Shown piece after piece: positions 1 to 12,351 of a DNA stretch of 64,000 bases. The DNA is from Eledone cirrhosa. Its lineage: Eukaryota. The stretch lies in contig OZ024740.1 in assembly GCA_964016885.1 (NCBI GenBank), positions 105,524,001 to 105,588,000 on the forward strand, in the 5' to 3' direction. Under the pieces are notes generated by a model that had not been told where the DNA came from, ran no database searches, and was given only the letters and a program-made list of their open reading frames with translations. The number at the start of each line of letters is the position of its first letter. Within the stretch, counting starts at the first letter, position 1. Made by a program: the position numbers and the translations under genes.

Positions 1-11
1 ATATATATATA

Positions 12-453
12 TAAAATAAAGTTAAATAAAAGTCAAATGATTAAAATTTAGCTTCGTTTACTACTGCTATATATATTTCAGTGACAGCCATCTTTGGCTG
101 TGACCTCTTCAGGCAGTTTGAATTAGTATGGTATAGACAAGTACATATGTTGTTTAGGTGTATGATATTGTCAATACTCTGATATGCCCAGTTCCTTGTT
201 GGGTTGTTAATTCACTGGGGAACTGGAGTCATATGACTCCAGTTCCCCAGTGAATTAACAACCCAACAAGGAACTGGGCATATCAGAGTATTGACAATAT
301 CATACACCTAAACAACATATGTACTTGTCTATACCATACTAATTCAAACTGCCTGAAGAGGTCACAGCCAAAGATGGCTGTCACTGAAATATATATAGCA
401 GTAGTAAACGAAGCTAAATTTTAATCATTTGACTTTTATTTAACTTTATTTTA
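12..453. repeat. Perfect spacer-less palindrome (221-bp arms) derived from a PLE-type 3' end
   Basis: Centre at GAGTCAT|ATGACTC (232/233). The arms are reverse complements out to 12/453. The right arm continues to about 548, and the element is flanked by (TA)n. Confidence 0.95.
337..406 (+). ncRNA. Type I hammerhead ribozyme motif (mirror copy on - strand at 59-128)
   Basis: ACTGC-CTGAAGA-[GGTCACAGCCA AAGA TGGCTGTCACT]-GAAA-TATATA-TA-GCAGT. Stem I is ACTGC/GCAGT, extended by TACT/AGTA, and stem III is minimal and palindromic. Confidence 0.8.
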
Positions 454-543
454 CACTACTCCGGAGTAACCAAACCAACCTGCGCACTTCGTCGAGTGCT
501 CCAGCCTGCATACTGAGGTGTTGGTATACAACCAACATAAACT

Positions 544-586
<43 letters not shown>

Positions 587-605
587 TATATATATATAAA
601 CATTA

Positions 606-687
606 TCCTATTACCCACTCTACTACCCTAAGTATTGAGTATTCTGGTGCGTTATGGTCCATCTGGTTCCTCACCACAGTTTCTTCG

Positions 688-690
<3 letters not shown>
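606..690 (+). repeat. 3' fragment of an interspersed repeat also at 11050-11200 (-) and 33085-33225 (+)
   Basis: Shared CCTATTACCCACTCTACTACCCTAAGTATTGAGTA.TCTGGTG..TTATGGTCCATCTGGTTC. Each copy ends in (TA)n. Confidence 0.7.
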
Positions 691-735
<45 letters not shown>

Positions 736-919
736 GTAAATATATGTGTTTTGTAGAACAGTTGATTGTTCTTACTCCACCAGCTGCTTACAAATCGAGT
801 TAATTCAATTTACAGACACAATGTTTCGAGCCAGTAATTGTAATCTATTCTTTTATACATTACCATTATTGCAAACGTTTTTTTCACAAGAAGGAAACCT
901 ACGCATTAACCATAGAAAC

Positions 920-1380
920 ACATACTACACACACATACATTTTACACACATGTCTGCATACACTACACACAATCTCACATCACACACAAGCACACACAAG
1001 CACACACAAATACATTTTACACACATGTCTGCATACACTACACACAATCTCACATCACACACAAGCACACACAAGCACACACAAATACATTTTACACACA
1101 TGTCTGCAAACACTACACACAATCTCACATCACACACAAGCACACACAAGCACACACAAATACATTTTACACACATGTCTGCAAACACTACACACAATCT
1201 CACATCACACACAAGCACACACAAGCACACATAAATACATTTTACACACATGTCTGCATACACTACACACAATCTCACATCACACACAAACACACACAAA
1301 TACATTTTACACACATGTCTGCATACACTGCACACAATCTCATATCACACACAAACACACACACATACATTTTACACTCA
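920..1380. repeat. CA-rich minisatellite, 75-bp unit
   Basis: TGTCTGCA recurs at 951, 1026, 1101, 1176 and 1251. Confidence 0.9.
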
Positions 1381-1419
1381 TATACATTACACACCAACTT
1401 ACACTACTCACAAACTCAC

Positions 1420-2250
1420 ATCACGCACAAACACACGCTACACAACAGCATACACTATACACACTCACATTACACACAAACACACACTACACAACAGCAT
1501 ACACTATACACACTCACATTACACACAAACACACACTACACAGCACCATACACTATACACACTCACATTACACACAAACACATGCTACACAGCAGCATAC
1601 ACTATACACACTCACATTATACACAAACACATGCTACACAGCAGCATACACTATACACACTCACATTACGCACAAACACACGCTACACAACAGCATACAC
1701 TATAAACACTCACATTACACAAAAACACACACTACACAGCAGCATACACTATACACACTCACATTACACACAAACACACACTACACAGCAGCATACACTA
1801 TACACACTCACATTACACACAAACACACACTACACAGCAGCATACACTATACACACTCACATTACACACAAACATATACACAACAGCATACACTATACAC
1901 ACTCACATTACACACAAACACATGCTACACAGCAGCATACACTATACACACTCACATTACACACAAACACATGCTACACATGCTACACAGCAGCATACAC
2001 TATACACACTCACATTACACACAAACACACGCTACACAGCAGCATACACTATACACACTCACATTACACACAAACACACACTACACAGCAGCATACATTA
2101 TACACACTCATATTACACACAAACACATGCTACACAGCAGCATACACTATACACACTCACATTACACACAAACACATGCTACACAGCAGCATACACTATA
2201 CACACTCACATTACACACAAACACATGCTACACAGCAGCATACACTACTC
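1420..2250. repeat. CA-rich minisatellite, 49-bp unit
   Basis: CACTATACACACTCACATT recurs at 1453, 1502, 1551 and onward. This array produces the spurious His/Thr-rich ORFs. Confidence 0.9.
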
Positions 2251-3094
2251 ACAGACACTCATTACATACACAAAATACATTATACACACACACGCACTAC
2301 ACATCAACATACACTACACACAGACTTACATCACGGACTACACACACATACACTACTCACATCACTCACAGACGCATACTACATACACACAAATAAATTT
2401 TACACACCCATGGATTACACACCAACATATACTACACGCAAGTTCACATCACACACAAACATACATTACACATAACAAAATACATTTACACACATATGCA
2501 TTACACACCGATTCATATCATGCTCACGCACACAGTACACACACAAACATACATTGTATACACATATGTGCTACACACAAACTACATCACAAACAATCAC
2601 ACATTAGACATAAACAAACACACCTCTTTTTGTTCTCTGTTATCCTTTTGTTTGGCTCGTAATGAACTTTTTACAATACACGTATTCTTCTTACTTGAAA
2701 GTTAGCGATTTTCTTGGCTGTTGAAATAATCTATTTTTTGTCCCACAGGAAACTTCATGGCATCAATACATAGTCTTAATATAGATTTGTAAATTATCTA
2801 ACATATTGAAAGGACAAGGTTTTTCATTTTGATTGTAAAATTTCTTTAAGTTTTAACTAAATGCCAAAAACACAGATTGTTTTCTCTTGAGCATTTCATT
2901 TATCATCAGCATTCCCATCGAATCCTTTAATATTTTTAAGGTTACCTTTTATTATGAGCTACATTATAATTATTTCTAGATTTGCAACCACGGCAGTAGT
3001 TTTTGGGTAGGTATAAAGTCAATTATATTGACTCCAGTACTTGACTGGTACTTTATTTTATCGACCACAAAAGAATGAAATAAACAATGTTATT

Positions 3095-3285
3095 TGAGAT
3101 TGGTAGTATCGGTAGAAGGTCGGATGCCTTACTTTGCAGCATAGAGTTACGCCCCTTTACAGTCTGAGTTCAAATCCCGCCGAGGTTAACTTTGCCTTTC
3201 ATCCTTACAGGGTCGATAAAATAAAGTACCAGTAATACACTCTGGGGTTATTGTTGGCCTTGTGCCAAAATTAGAAACAACTAAT
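3095..3285 (+). mobile_element. tRNA-derived cephalopod-type SINE
   Basis: A-box-like TGGTAGTATCGG, B-box GAGTTCAAATCCC, and body GCCTTTCATCC...GGGTCGATAAAATAAAGTACCAGT. An opposite-strand fragment lies at about 3015-3080. Confidence 0.85.
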
Positions 3286-3874
3286 AATAATGTTCAAAAT
3301 TATTATAAATTTAAACAACAATAGGTAACATAATTATTATTACTATGATATCATGATATATATATATATAATTATTTAAGGTTTCCCTTTAAAAAATGTT
3401 TTTCGTTTTGCCTTGGTTTTGTTCCTTGGCTTGTTCTCTCTTTGTTCATTATCTTAAGTTTATCAATACTAATGTGACGAACGTGTTATTAATTTCAATG
3501 ACTTGCTTTTTTTAACACGATACCTTACTTTCTTCTTGGCTTTTTTTTGTTCCTTTCTTTTCTTTCCCTTTTTCCTTCTGTTTCATTCATGAATCTCTCG
3601 TGCTATAAGAGGCCCCACACTTTTCCCCTGAAGTCACATAAAATTCTATGTGTACTTGTTGCAGCTTAATCGCTATAAATTAATGTTTCGTCTCCCGTCT
3701 CTTACACCACTGGACCACTTTGGGCTTGTGTCAGACGCTGTGACCCCGGGTGAACCAGCAGTACCATTAGTAAGTATCAATAAATAATATATAAAACTTG
3801 GCCACATTTTAATACATACACGGATAAGAAAAAAAAAAGAAGAACATTATAAGATAAATACTTTGTTCCAATTA

Positions 3875-5075
3875 CATAGGGACCTCCTTGCCAAGCTTCC
3901 CCAATAAAATCTATGCTAAGTCTCTGGCAAAGAGATGCAGGGAGATTGTCGAGTCCAAGCTAGCTATTGAACAGTGTGGTTTTCGCCCCAGACGCAGCAC
4001 AGTCGACCAAATATTCACACTGCGGTAGATCTTCGAGAAATCATGGGAGTATTGCCAAGAGGTATAGTCTTGTTTTGTAGACATCAAAAAGGCATATGAC
4101 CGCGTTCCTCGGTACCTACTATGGAAGTTTCTGCAGAAGTATGTGGTCGATGATCAGGTTCTTGTTGCTCTGATGTCGCTATACGAATACCCGCGTATTT
4201 GTATTTGGATAAATGGTGCTAAATCAAAACCATTCAATTTGGGAATTGAACTCTACCAAGGCTACGTATTGTCACCTATCCTGTTCATTATTGTCAGGAA
4301 CGGGATTGGCATGCGCAGCCGGGCTGGAAGAATATGACAGGTGGGTGTAAAATCAGTTGACTGGGATTTGCAGACAACATGGTACTACTTAACTCGACAG
4401 AAAGTGATCTCCGACTTGGACTTGATAGGTTTGATGCCGAGTGTTGCATGGCTGGAATGAAAATCAGTGCTGCCAAAACTGAGACACTCGTCCTTTCAAG
4501 GAAGCCTGTGCAGTGCACACTACATGTGAATGGAGTTCCACTGAAACAAATGGAGAAGTTCAAGTATTTCGAGGCCGTGTTCATGAGTGATGGAAGGCAG
4601 GAGGTTGAATTAAGTGCAAGAATTGCAGGGGCCGGTGCAGTAATGAAGAAAGGTAGGTGTAAACGCCAAACTCGCTATCTTCAATTGCGTATTAGTGCTG
4701 CCCTTACCTATGGTAATACTCTTGGATAAGGACCGAAAGAATACGATCGCAAATAGAAGCGGCCGAAATGGGGTCCCTCCGAAGAGTTTTCGGAGAAAAG
4801 TTACTCGATAGAGAACAGAGAGTCACTCCAGGTAGAGCCGCTACTATTCCGGATTGAGAGATCACAACTCCGATACTATAGGTATGTGTTTAGAATGTCT
4901 CAGGAAAGAATCACTGGACAGATTTTACGGGCAAAACCAACAGACAGGAGACCCAGAAGTAGACCAAGCTGGTTGGATAACTTAGCTGGTCTGGCTTTGA
5001 AATCCAGCCGGATTAGTTAGAAACGGTTACTGCTGACAAGACCCCTCTCAGGAATAAATGGACGAAGAAGATGAT
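3875..5075 (+). mobile_element. 5'-truncated, degenerate RTE-clade LINE (RT to 3' end)
   Basis: Broken RT motifs EQCGFRP, FVDIKKAYDRV, QGYVLSPILF, FADNMV, KISAAKTE and FKYFE, with multiple stops and frameshifts. It ends in AATAAA...GAAGAAGATGA. Confidence 0.85.
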
Positions 5076-5539
5076 AAAATAAACACGGTGATACTAAGGG
5101 ATCTCTAAAATGAAAGAAATCCTAACATCCACAATTTAAACATAACATCATTAATTCTACATTTATGTAATGGCGTGTACTTTAGAAAAATATCATTACC
5201 TATATAGAGTCTTAAGATTCGGAAGATAGAATGGAATGCGAGATAGAAGAACAAAAACCAGAAGAATAGACGAGAATAAGAAAAACGAAATGACAGTGGA
5301 AACTACTCTTGTGCTTGGAGAAATATATTTTCAAGAAGGAACGCCAATGGTGATTATTTGTAGCAGATTTATCAAACACTTTCCGTGAAAATTTTCTTGA
5401 TTATTTTCACCTATGTAAATTAATACATAACTATTTTTCTTCGATGCTGGTTCTTTGAATTACATTTTCACTACAATATAATTCTTAGCTGACTCTATAC
5501 CGACATCTTCTTTCATCTCCTTTGCACAAAAAGAAAACA

Positions 5540-5841
5540 CGAAGGGAACATTAATAATTAAATTTGATTCGTTTGTAAACAAACGGCCCGATTAAAGCTG
5601 TGCCCTGCCGATGACAAATCGTCATCCGTTTGTTCAATACTGGCATTGAGGAATAATCATCATGTTTCTGGGTCATTACCCTTCATCAGGACTGTATACC
5701 TCTGCCAGTCTGTTGAACAATTGAAAATTTATAGAATTTTCTTAAGTATATATCGGCTGAGTAGCCTCATTTGCATACCGAGCGAGTTACGGCTGGCCTT
5801 GCCGAAAACTGAAAATATAATTAGAATTTTATCATTTTTCG

Positions 5842-5845
<4 letters not shown>
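5540..5845 (-). mobile_element. Hammerhead-bearing PLE/retrozyme-like terminal fragment, homologous to the 50073-50877 repeat
   Basis: Shares collinear blocks TTGTAAACAAAC, GCCAG..TGTTGAAC, CGGCTGAG.AGCC.ATTTGCATA.CGAG and CCGAAAAC with 50240-50470. Confidence 0.65.
5653..5695 (-). ncRNA. Degenerate hammerhead motif
   Basis: On the minus strand: ACAGTC-CTGATGA-AGGGT AATG ACCCA-GAAA-CATG-AT-GATTAT. The core is intact but the cleavage dinucleotide is not UH. Confidence 0.6.
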
Positions 5846-5899
<54 letters not shown>

Positions 5900-5933
5900 T
5901 ATGTATGCATAATTACATATATATATATATATA

Positions 5934-8328
5934 CGGACAACGGCGAGAGACTGCAGCTGTTTTGTGCCATCAACAGCTTGTGCATTAACAACACCTATTT
6001 CAAACACAAGGCGATTCACAAGGTTACTTGGCAGTCTCCGGACCAGAAAAGCCGAAACGAGATCGACTACATCTGCATCAACCAGCGCTGGCGGTCCTCG
6101 GTACGTGACGTCAGAGTGTACCGAGGTGCGGACGTGGGCTCAGACCACCACCTACTGTATGCGAAACATCAGCTGCGCCTGAAGAAACGGACACGATAGG
6201 AAAGACCAAAGCCATATGCGTGGAGAAGCTGAAGAATCCCGACCAAGTGCAACTGTACCAACTGGCGCTACACAACCGATTCCAGCAGTTGAGTGAGGCT
6301 GCAGATCTGGAAGATCAGTGGACGATGTTCACGATAGCGGTGACTGAGGCAGCACAAGAAACTATTGGCCGAAGACGAGGAACGAGGAGGGAAAAATCGA
6401 TCCAAGAACCAACGTGGGATCTGATTGACAGACAAAAATAGGCAAACGTCAAGCGAGATTCTGCCAGATCGGAGGAAGACCAAAAGAAAAGAGATGCGGT
6501 ATACCGCCAAATCGACTGACTGGTAAAGCGAAGCTGCCGGCGGGACAAATATGACTGGCTGGAGAAAAAGGGTGCTGAGGCAGAGGAAGCTGCTGGTCGG
6601 AACGACACAAAAGCATTGTTCCGCATCGTGAAGGAGTTGACAGGAATGTCGAGCGGTGCCAACATGCCAGTGAAGGACAAAAATGGCAAGACGTTGACCA
6701 CTGGAGCGGAAGAGGAGCAGAGTTGGATGGAGCACTTCCGGGAGACGCTGAACCAACCAAATCCGGTCGCCCTGATAGACTTGACCGCAGAGACTCCATC
6801 AACCACTGAGGTACTCAAAGTCTGCGAGGACCATATCACCAAGCAAGAGACGAGAGATGCGATTAGCCACTTAAGGAACGGCAAAACAGGCGGACTGGAT
6901 GAGATCTCTGCTGAGCTGCTCAAATTCGGTGAGGAGAGCACAATAACGGCGTTGACAGACTTGATGAATCACTGCTGGAGGTTTGGTCGGGTTCCCCTTG
7001 AGTGGCAGCGCAGTGTCATCGTCAAACTGCCGAAGAAGGGAAACCTGGCAGACTGCAATAACTGGCGTGGTATCACATTGCTGTCAGTCCCAGGCAAGGC
7101 GTTCTGCACTGTGCTGCTGCGTCGACTCCGGCAGGCTGTCAACTCTGTGCTCCGGGAGGAACAAGCCGGCTTCCGAAAAAATCGATCGTGCACGGAACAG
7201 ATCTTTACACTACGCAACATTTTCGAACAATGCGTTGAGCTACAACAGCCTTTGGCGGTCAATTTTATTGATTTCCAGAAATCATTCGACAGTGTACACC
7301 GGGAGTCGCTGTGCAACTGTACTGCATCCCTGCAAGATTCATCGCCATTTTCAAGGCCCTGTATGAAAACTTCAGCTGCTGCGTGCGGACTGAGTCCGGT
7401 GTGACGGAGTTCTTTGACATTGTCTCAGGAGTCAGACATGGTTGCATTCACTCTCCACTATTGTTCCTGCTGGCAGCCGATTTCGTACTAAGGCGAATGG
7501 ACCCGGTCGAGGAATCCCATGGAGAGGGCAGTCGAGGCTGAGATATCTGGCATTCGTCGACGACATCGCTTTGATCGCTGAAAACAGTGCAGATCTGCAG
7601 GCCCTAACAACATCCCTACAAGAGAGTGCGGAAACGATCGGCCTGAGAATCAACATCAAAAAGACCAATGTCATGAGAACGGCCAGCGGTACAGGTCCAG
7701 TGATCAGAGTCAACCAACAGGACCTCGAGGCAGTCGATCACTTCACCTATCTAGGCAGCATCCTGACAAGCAGCGGCGACACGGAGCTCGACATAAACTG
7801 TTGGATCGGCAAAGGAGCCACAGTTTTTCAGCGGCTGTGCCCAGTCTGGTCGTCTTCATGCATTAGCACCAAGACCAAGCTCAGCCTGTACAAAAGCATC
7901 GTGCTGCCGACAGTGCTTTATGCGAGCGAGACCTGGAAGAGTACGGCAAAAATAGAGAGACGACTGAATGCTTTCCACCAACGGTGCCTGCGAAAGATCC
8001 TTCGTGTGTCCTGGCGCGACCGATTGCGAAACGAGGAGATCCTGCGGAGAGCCGAGTTGTGGATGCTACAGAGAGTGGTCACGGAGCATCGGTGCCGTCT
8101 GGCTGGCCATATTCTGCGTCTGGCAAATGAAACAGTGATGAACTGGACTCCGCCTGGCGGTAAAAGAAGGCGGGGTTACTCAAGGATCACATGGCGACGA
8201 ACGTTCCGGAAGGACCTGATGGCAGCCAACATCACCTGGCACGGTCTCGAAAAAGTTGCTGCTGATCGTGACCGTTGGCGAGTACTTACTGCTCGATGCG
8301 CCGAACGGCGCGGAAGAATCTAAGACTA

Positions 8329-8330
<2 letters not shown>
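5934..8330 (+). mobile_element. RTE-clade LINE ORF2 pseudogene (C-terminal APE endonuclease + reverse transcriptase)
   Basis: APE motifs NGERL...TWQSPD...IDYI...GSDHHLL. RT motifs KKGNLADCNNWRGITLLS, EQAGFRK, FIDFQKSFDSV, GVRHGC, FVDDIAL and FTYLGS. There are a few stops and frameshifts, and a TCTAAGACTAAG tail runs into (TA)n. Confidence 0.93.
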
Positions 8331-8426
<96 letters not shown>

Positions 8427-9045
8427 TTAAGGATACTATTTATGGTTATGTATATACTAAAACTTTTTATAGTTATATATATTTTAAACCCTAAATAGTG
8501 AAAGACAGTAATTCATTACTATCTTATTACCAGTAAGATAAATAGCTCAATGTAACAATATATATATATATATATATCTTGCAAGCAGGGAAAAGCGGAC
8601 GTAAAATGATGATGATGATGATGATGATGATATATATATATATGATATATCTATACAGTATACCTTTTAAATTATTCCCAATAATTTGCTTGTTGTTATT
8701 CATTATTCCAGTATAGATGAATCGAGCCTCGGTGTATAATAACAACGGGATGAATAAAGTGTCGTGTACAGTGCAACAGATGCAGCATTGTTTGAGATAC
8801 AAAGGATATTAAACAAATGTTATTTTATAGAATCACAATGAATGTCACCAAAGCTTTTCCAATCTACTGTAACTTATGATAACGCTATAGTTCGAGAGTT
8901 ACGATCTCTCAAACGGTCTGAAATTCCATGTAACAATTGTATATTCACACATATAGATATAAATAATATGTAAATCTTCACGTATAACTGAAAACATACA
9001 GATCCACACATGCAATGACAGTTATAACTGCTCGCGCACAACCCC

Positions 9046-9111
<66 letters not shown>

Positions 9112-9130
9112 TATATATATATATATATCT

Positions 9131-10566
9131 ATCCCTGGAGCACTCCAGCCAGTATCTCAAAGAACTCTGTCTCCAGTGCCTGGTTACAGAACCCCAGGAT
9201 AATATCAAAATCACACCTCTTCATCACCTCTGATGCCACTCCATCTTATCCATGAGCCTTGCCCTCCTTGATCCTCTTCTTGGCTCTCTGAAGCTCCTCT
9301 CTGGTGAAGGGCTCTGTCTCAATATCCAGTTCTTCAAACAGCCACCTGATCTCCCCAGTGCTCTGGGCTGTGGAGGGTGGCTCTCCTAGTAGGGTCCTAA
9401 AATGGTCTAGCCATTTCCTCTTCCTATCCTCGGGCCCCGTTCCCTGGATCTGACTCGAACACCTTCTCTTCCTCCCTGTGATCTCGTTGATGATCATCCA
9501 GCTGTCCTTACATCCAGATCTGTCAATCGCTCTCTCCACACCTCTGATCTTCTCTATCAGTGCCTTTTCTCTGGCCTCAGTGTAAGCGGTACAGAGTTCT
9601 TCCCTCATCACCTCCACAGTCTCCATCCTCTCCTCCGTAGGATCAGCATAGAATTGGTCCTTGGCAGCTTTCAGGTGATACATTGATACATTGGCTCCCT
9701 ACCTTTTTATCATCGTAGTGGACTATTGTATGCGTCTTGCACTGGAGAAACACCAGGACTCTGGCTTTACTGTAGCACCGGCTCACAGCAAGAGAGTTAA
9801 GGCGAAAAAGGTATCAGTTGCTGAATTTGCCGACGACATAGTTTTGGTGACAAATACAGTGAAGGAGGCAGAGGATTTGATGCAGGAGGTGGAGACTGTG
9901 TCGGCTGAGAATGAATGAGACTAAAACAAAATATCTGGTAGAGAATGCTGAAAAGCCAGAGGAGATCACTAATGTAGGCGGGAAGCCGCTAAAATTGGTT
10001 GAGGACTTCCTGTATTTGGGAACAAAGATTGGGAATACGGAAGATGATGTGGTTGAGAGGAAGTGCAAAGCCTAGGCGGCGTGCCACAGCTTGAGATCGG
10101 TGTGGAAGACGGACCTGAAAATCCGCCTCTTCATTGCTGTAGTAGAGTCTGTGCTGCTGTACGGGTCTGAGACTTGGACACTGACCAAGAAACTTACTCA
10201 GATGGTGGATGGGTGCTACACGAGAATGCTGAGGATGGCTCTGAACATTAATCAGTATACACTGAGGATGAAAAACTCAGAGCTGTATGGAAGTCTCCCA
10301 AAAGTCAGCTCAAAAGTTACACACAGGAGATTGAGGTTAGCTGGACATGCTCACCGACATCCAGAGTTGACATTGCACTCAGTGCTCCTGTGGGAGCCCC
10401 TACATGGACACACTGGAAGTGGAAGACCAAGGTTAACGTATGTTGATGCCCTAAGGACAGACACTGGTCTGTTGGAGACGTAGGACATGGCAGCGATAAT
10501 TAGGGACAGAGACCGCTGGAGAGAACTCGTCCATGGATCTCGGGAATTTTACCCACCCTAGACTAG
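9131..10566. mobile_element. RTE/RTEX-like LINE copy with 5' inversion (9131-9684 minus; 9685-10566 plus)
   Basis: The minus part ends ...ETEFFEILAGVLQG. The plus part starts DTLAPYLFIIVVD...FADDIVL...FLYLG...LLYGSETWTL...LRLAGH and has the tail CCTAGACTAGAC. Confidence 0.9.
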
Positions 10567-10581
10567 ACACACACACACACA

Positions 10582-10670
<89 letters not shown>

Positions 10671-11012
10671 CATAAAACATGTCTATAGAATCACAAGATA
10701 AAATATATACTATTTCCTCTCCCAATTAGCATAATTAACTATATAAAAAATCGAATAGACCAGGCTATACGAATGAGGCTTCTATGAAGGAATCTCCGAC
10801 AAATAACCAAAACTAGCGCTTCGCGTCGGCCGTAGTGGAATATTTATCGAATATTTCGACAGCTTAATCGCCTAGATACAGTCAACTAAGCAGAATTAGG
10901 TTTAAAATAAACTAGGAGAAAATAGAATACATTCAAATACCTATAAACTCATATATAGATACATACGTATTTGCACTTACACATTCACGCCCATACACAC
11001 TCTGTTTCACAC

Positions 11013-11046
<34 letters not shown>

Positions 11047-11234
11047 CAAAGAAAGAAAGTGTGTTAAGAAACCAGGTGGATATAACACCAGAGTACTCTA
11101 TACTTAGGGTAGAAGAGTGGGTAATAGGAAAAGAGTCAAGACCCCAATGGCTGAGCTCCGGCTGTTTCGACAGTTAGATCCGAACCAGTTCTGACTCGTT
11201 TCCTATATACATATACATATATATATATGTATAT

Positions 11235-12269
11235 TTTGCATTCTTGCAAACATATACACAACTGAATTTATTAGCCTGATATAGGGGCTGCCTCCCTTGC
11301 CGATCCCCACGTGGAGTCAGCAATAGTCAGTCCTTGTCTTAACAGTGAACTAAAACCTGTTGAGAAAGTGGCTTCCTTGTTCAATCATCTTACCAGAAGC
11401 CTGACATTTTTTATGTAAGCGGACGGTACTTGATTTAGGAGCCGCAGAAACCCAAATACTGGATTTTACCAACCTTCCAGGGGTCCGGGTAAATTTTCAA
11501 TACGCGAATTACTTGATCGTTTTTTTTTTGGCTATGCGAATGATTGTTTAACCATCGTTTCAGTGTGTTTGGCCTTTAACGTTTGTTATAGCTCTGGTTC
11601 ATCTGAATCATTGAGCACTTGCCTCACATCTCGGAGGTTGTTTTTCGTTATTTCGTGGGCCGAAATGCGAAACTCGATAATTTGTTTGTATTTATCTCCA
11701 GACTCTAGCTATTGACCAGTTAATTTTCTCGATTTTTTTGTTGATTCTATTGACTGATGAATAGCTTATGTTAATTTTAACCCTTCTGTTGAGAACTCTA
11801 TTCGATTTGTGATGTTTTTGCATTCTTGCAAAAATATACACAGCTGAATTTATTCGCCTGATATAGGGGCTGCCTCCCTTGCCGATCCCCACGTGGAGTC
11901 AGCAATAGTCAGTCCTTGTATTAACAGTGAACTAAAACCTGTTGAGAAAGTGGCTTCCTTGTTCAATCATCTTACCAGAAGCCTGACATTTTTTTATGTA
12001 AGCGGACGGTACTTGATTTAGGAGCCGCAGAAACCCAAATACTGGATTTTACCAACCTTCCAGGGGTCCGGGTAAATTTTCAATACCCGAATTACTTGAT
12101 CATTTTTTTTGGCTATGTGAATGATTATTTAACCATCGTCTCAGTGTGTTTGGCCTTTAACGTTTGTTATAGCTCTGGTTCATCTGAATCATTGAGCTCT
12201 TGCCTCACATCTCGGAGGTTGTTTTTCGTTATTTCGTGGGCCGAAATGCGAATCTCGATAATTTATGTT

Positions 12270-12271
<2 letters not shown>
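11235..12271. repeat. Partial tandem duplication (about 455-bp copies, 582-bp period) within (TA)n
   Basis: 11235-11688 and 11817-12271 are nearly identical. Confidence 0.9.
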
Positions 12272-12317
<46 letters not shown>

Positions 12318-12351
12318 ACACACACGCGGACACACGCATATATATATATAT

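Noticed and set aside
746-2662. Long His/Thr/Tyr-rich ORFs (up to 386 aa)
   Set aside because: These are translations of the 75-bp and 49-bp CA-rich minisatellites, open in several frames.
5572-5645. Twister-ribozyme-like pattern on the + strand (TAA-stem-GC...AAGC)
   Set aside because: No P1 pairing, weak P4, and the pseudoknot is not conserved in the 50245 homologue. Kept only as an unknown motif.
11540-11615. CAGATGA...GAAA hammerhead candidate on the minus strand of the 582-bp tandem
   Set aside because: No stem II can be formed, and the second copy lacks GAAA.
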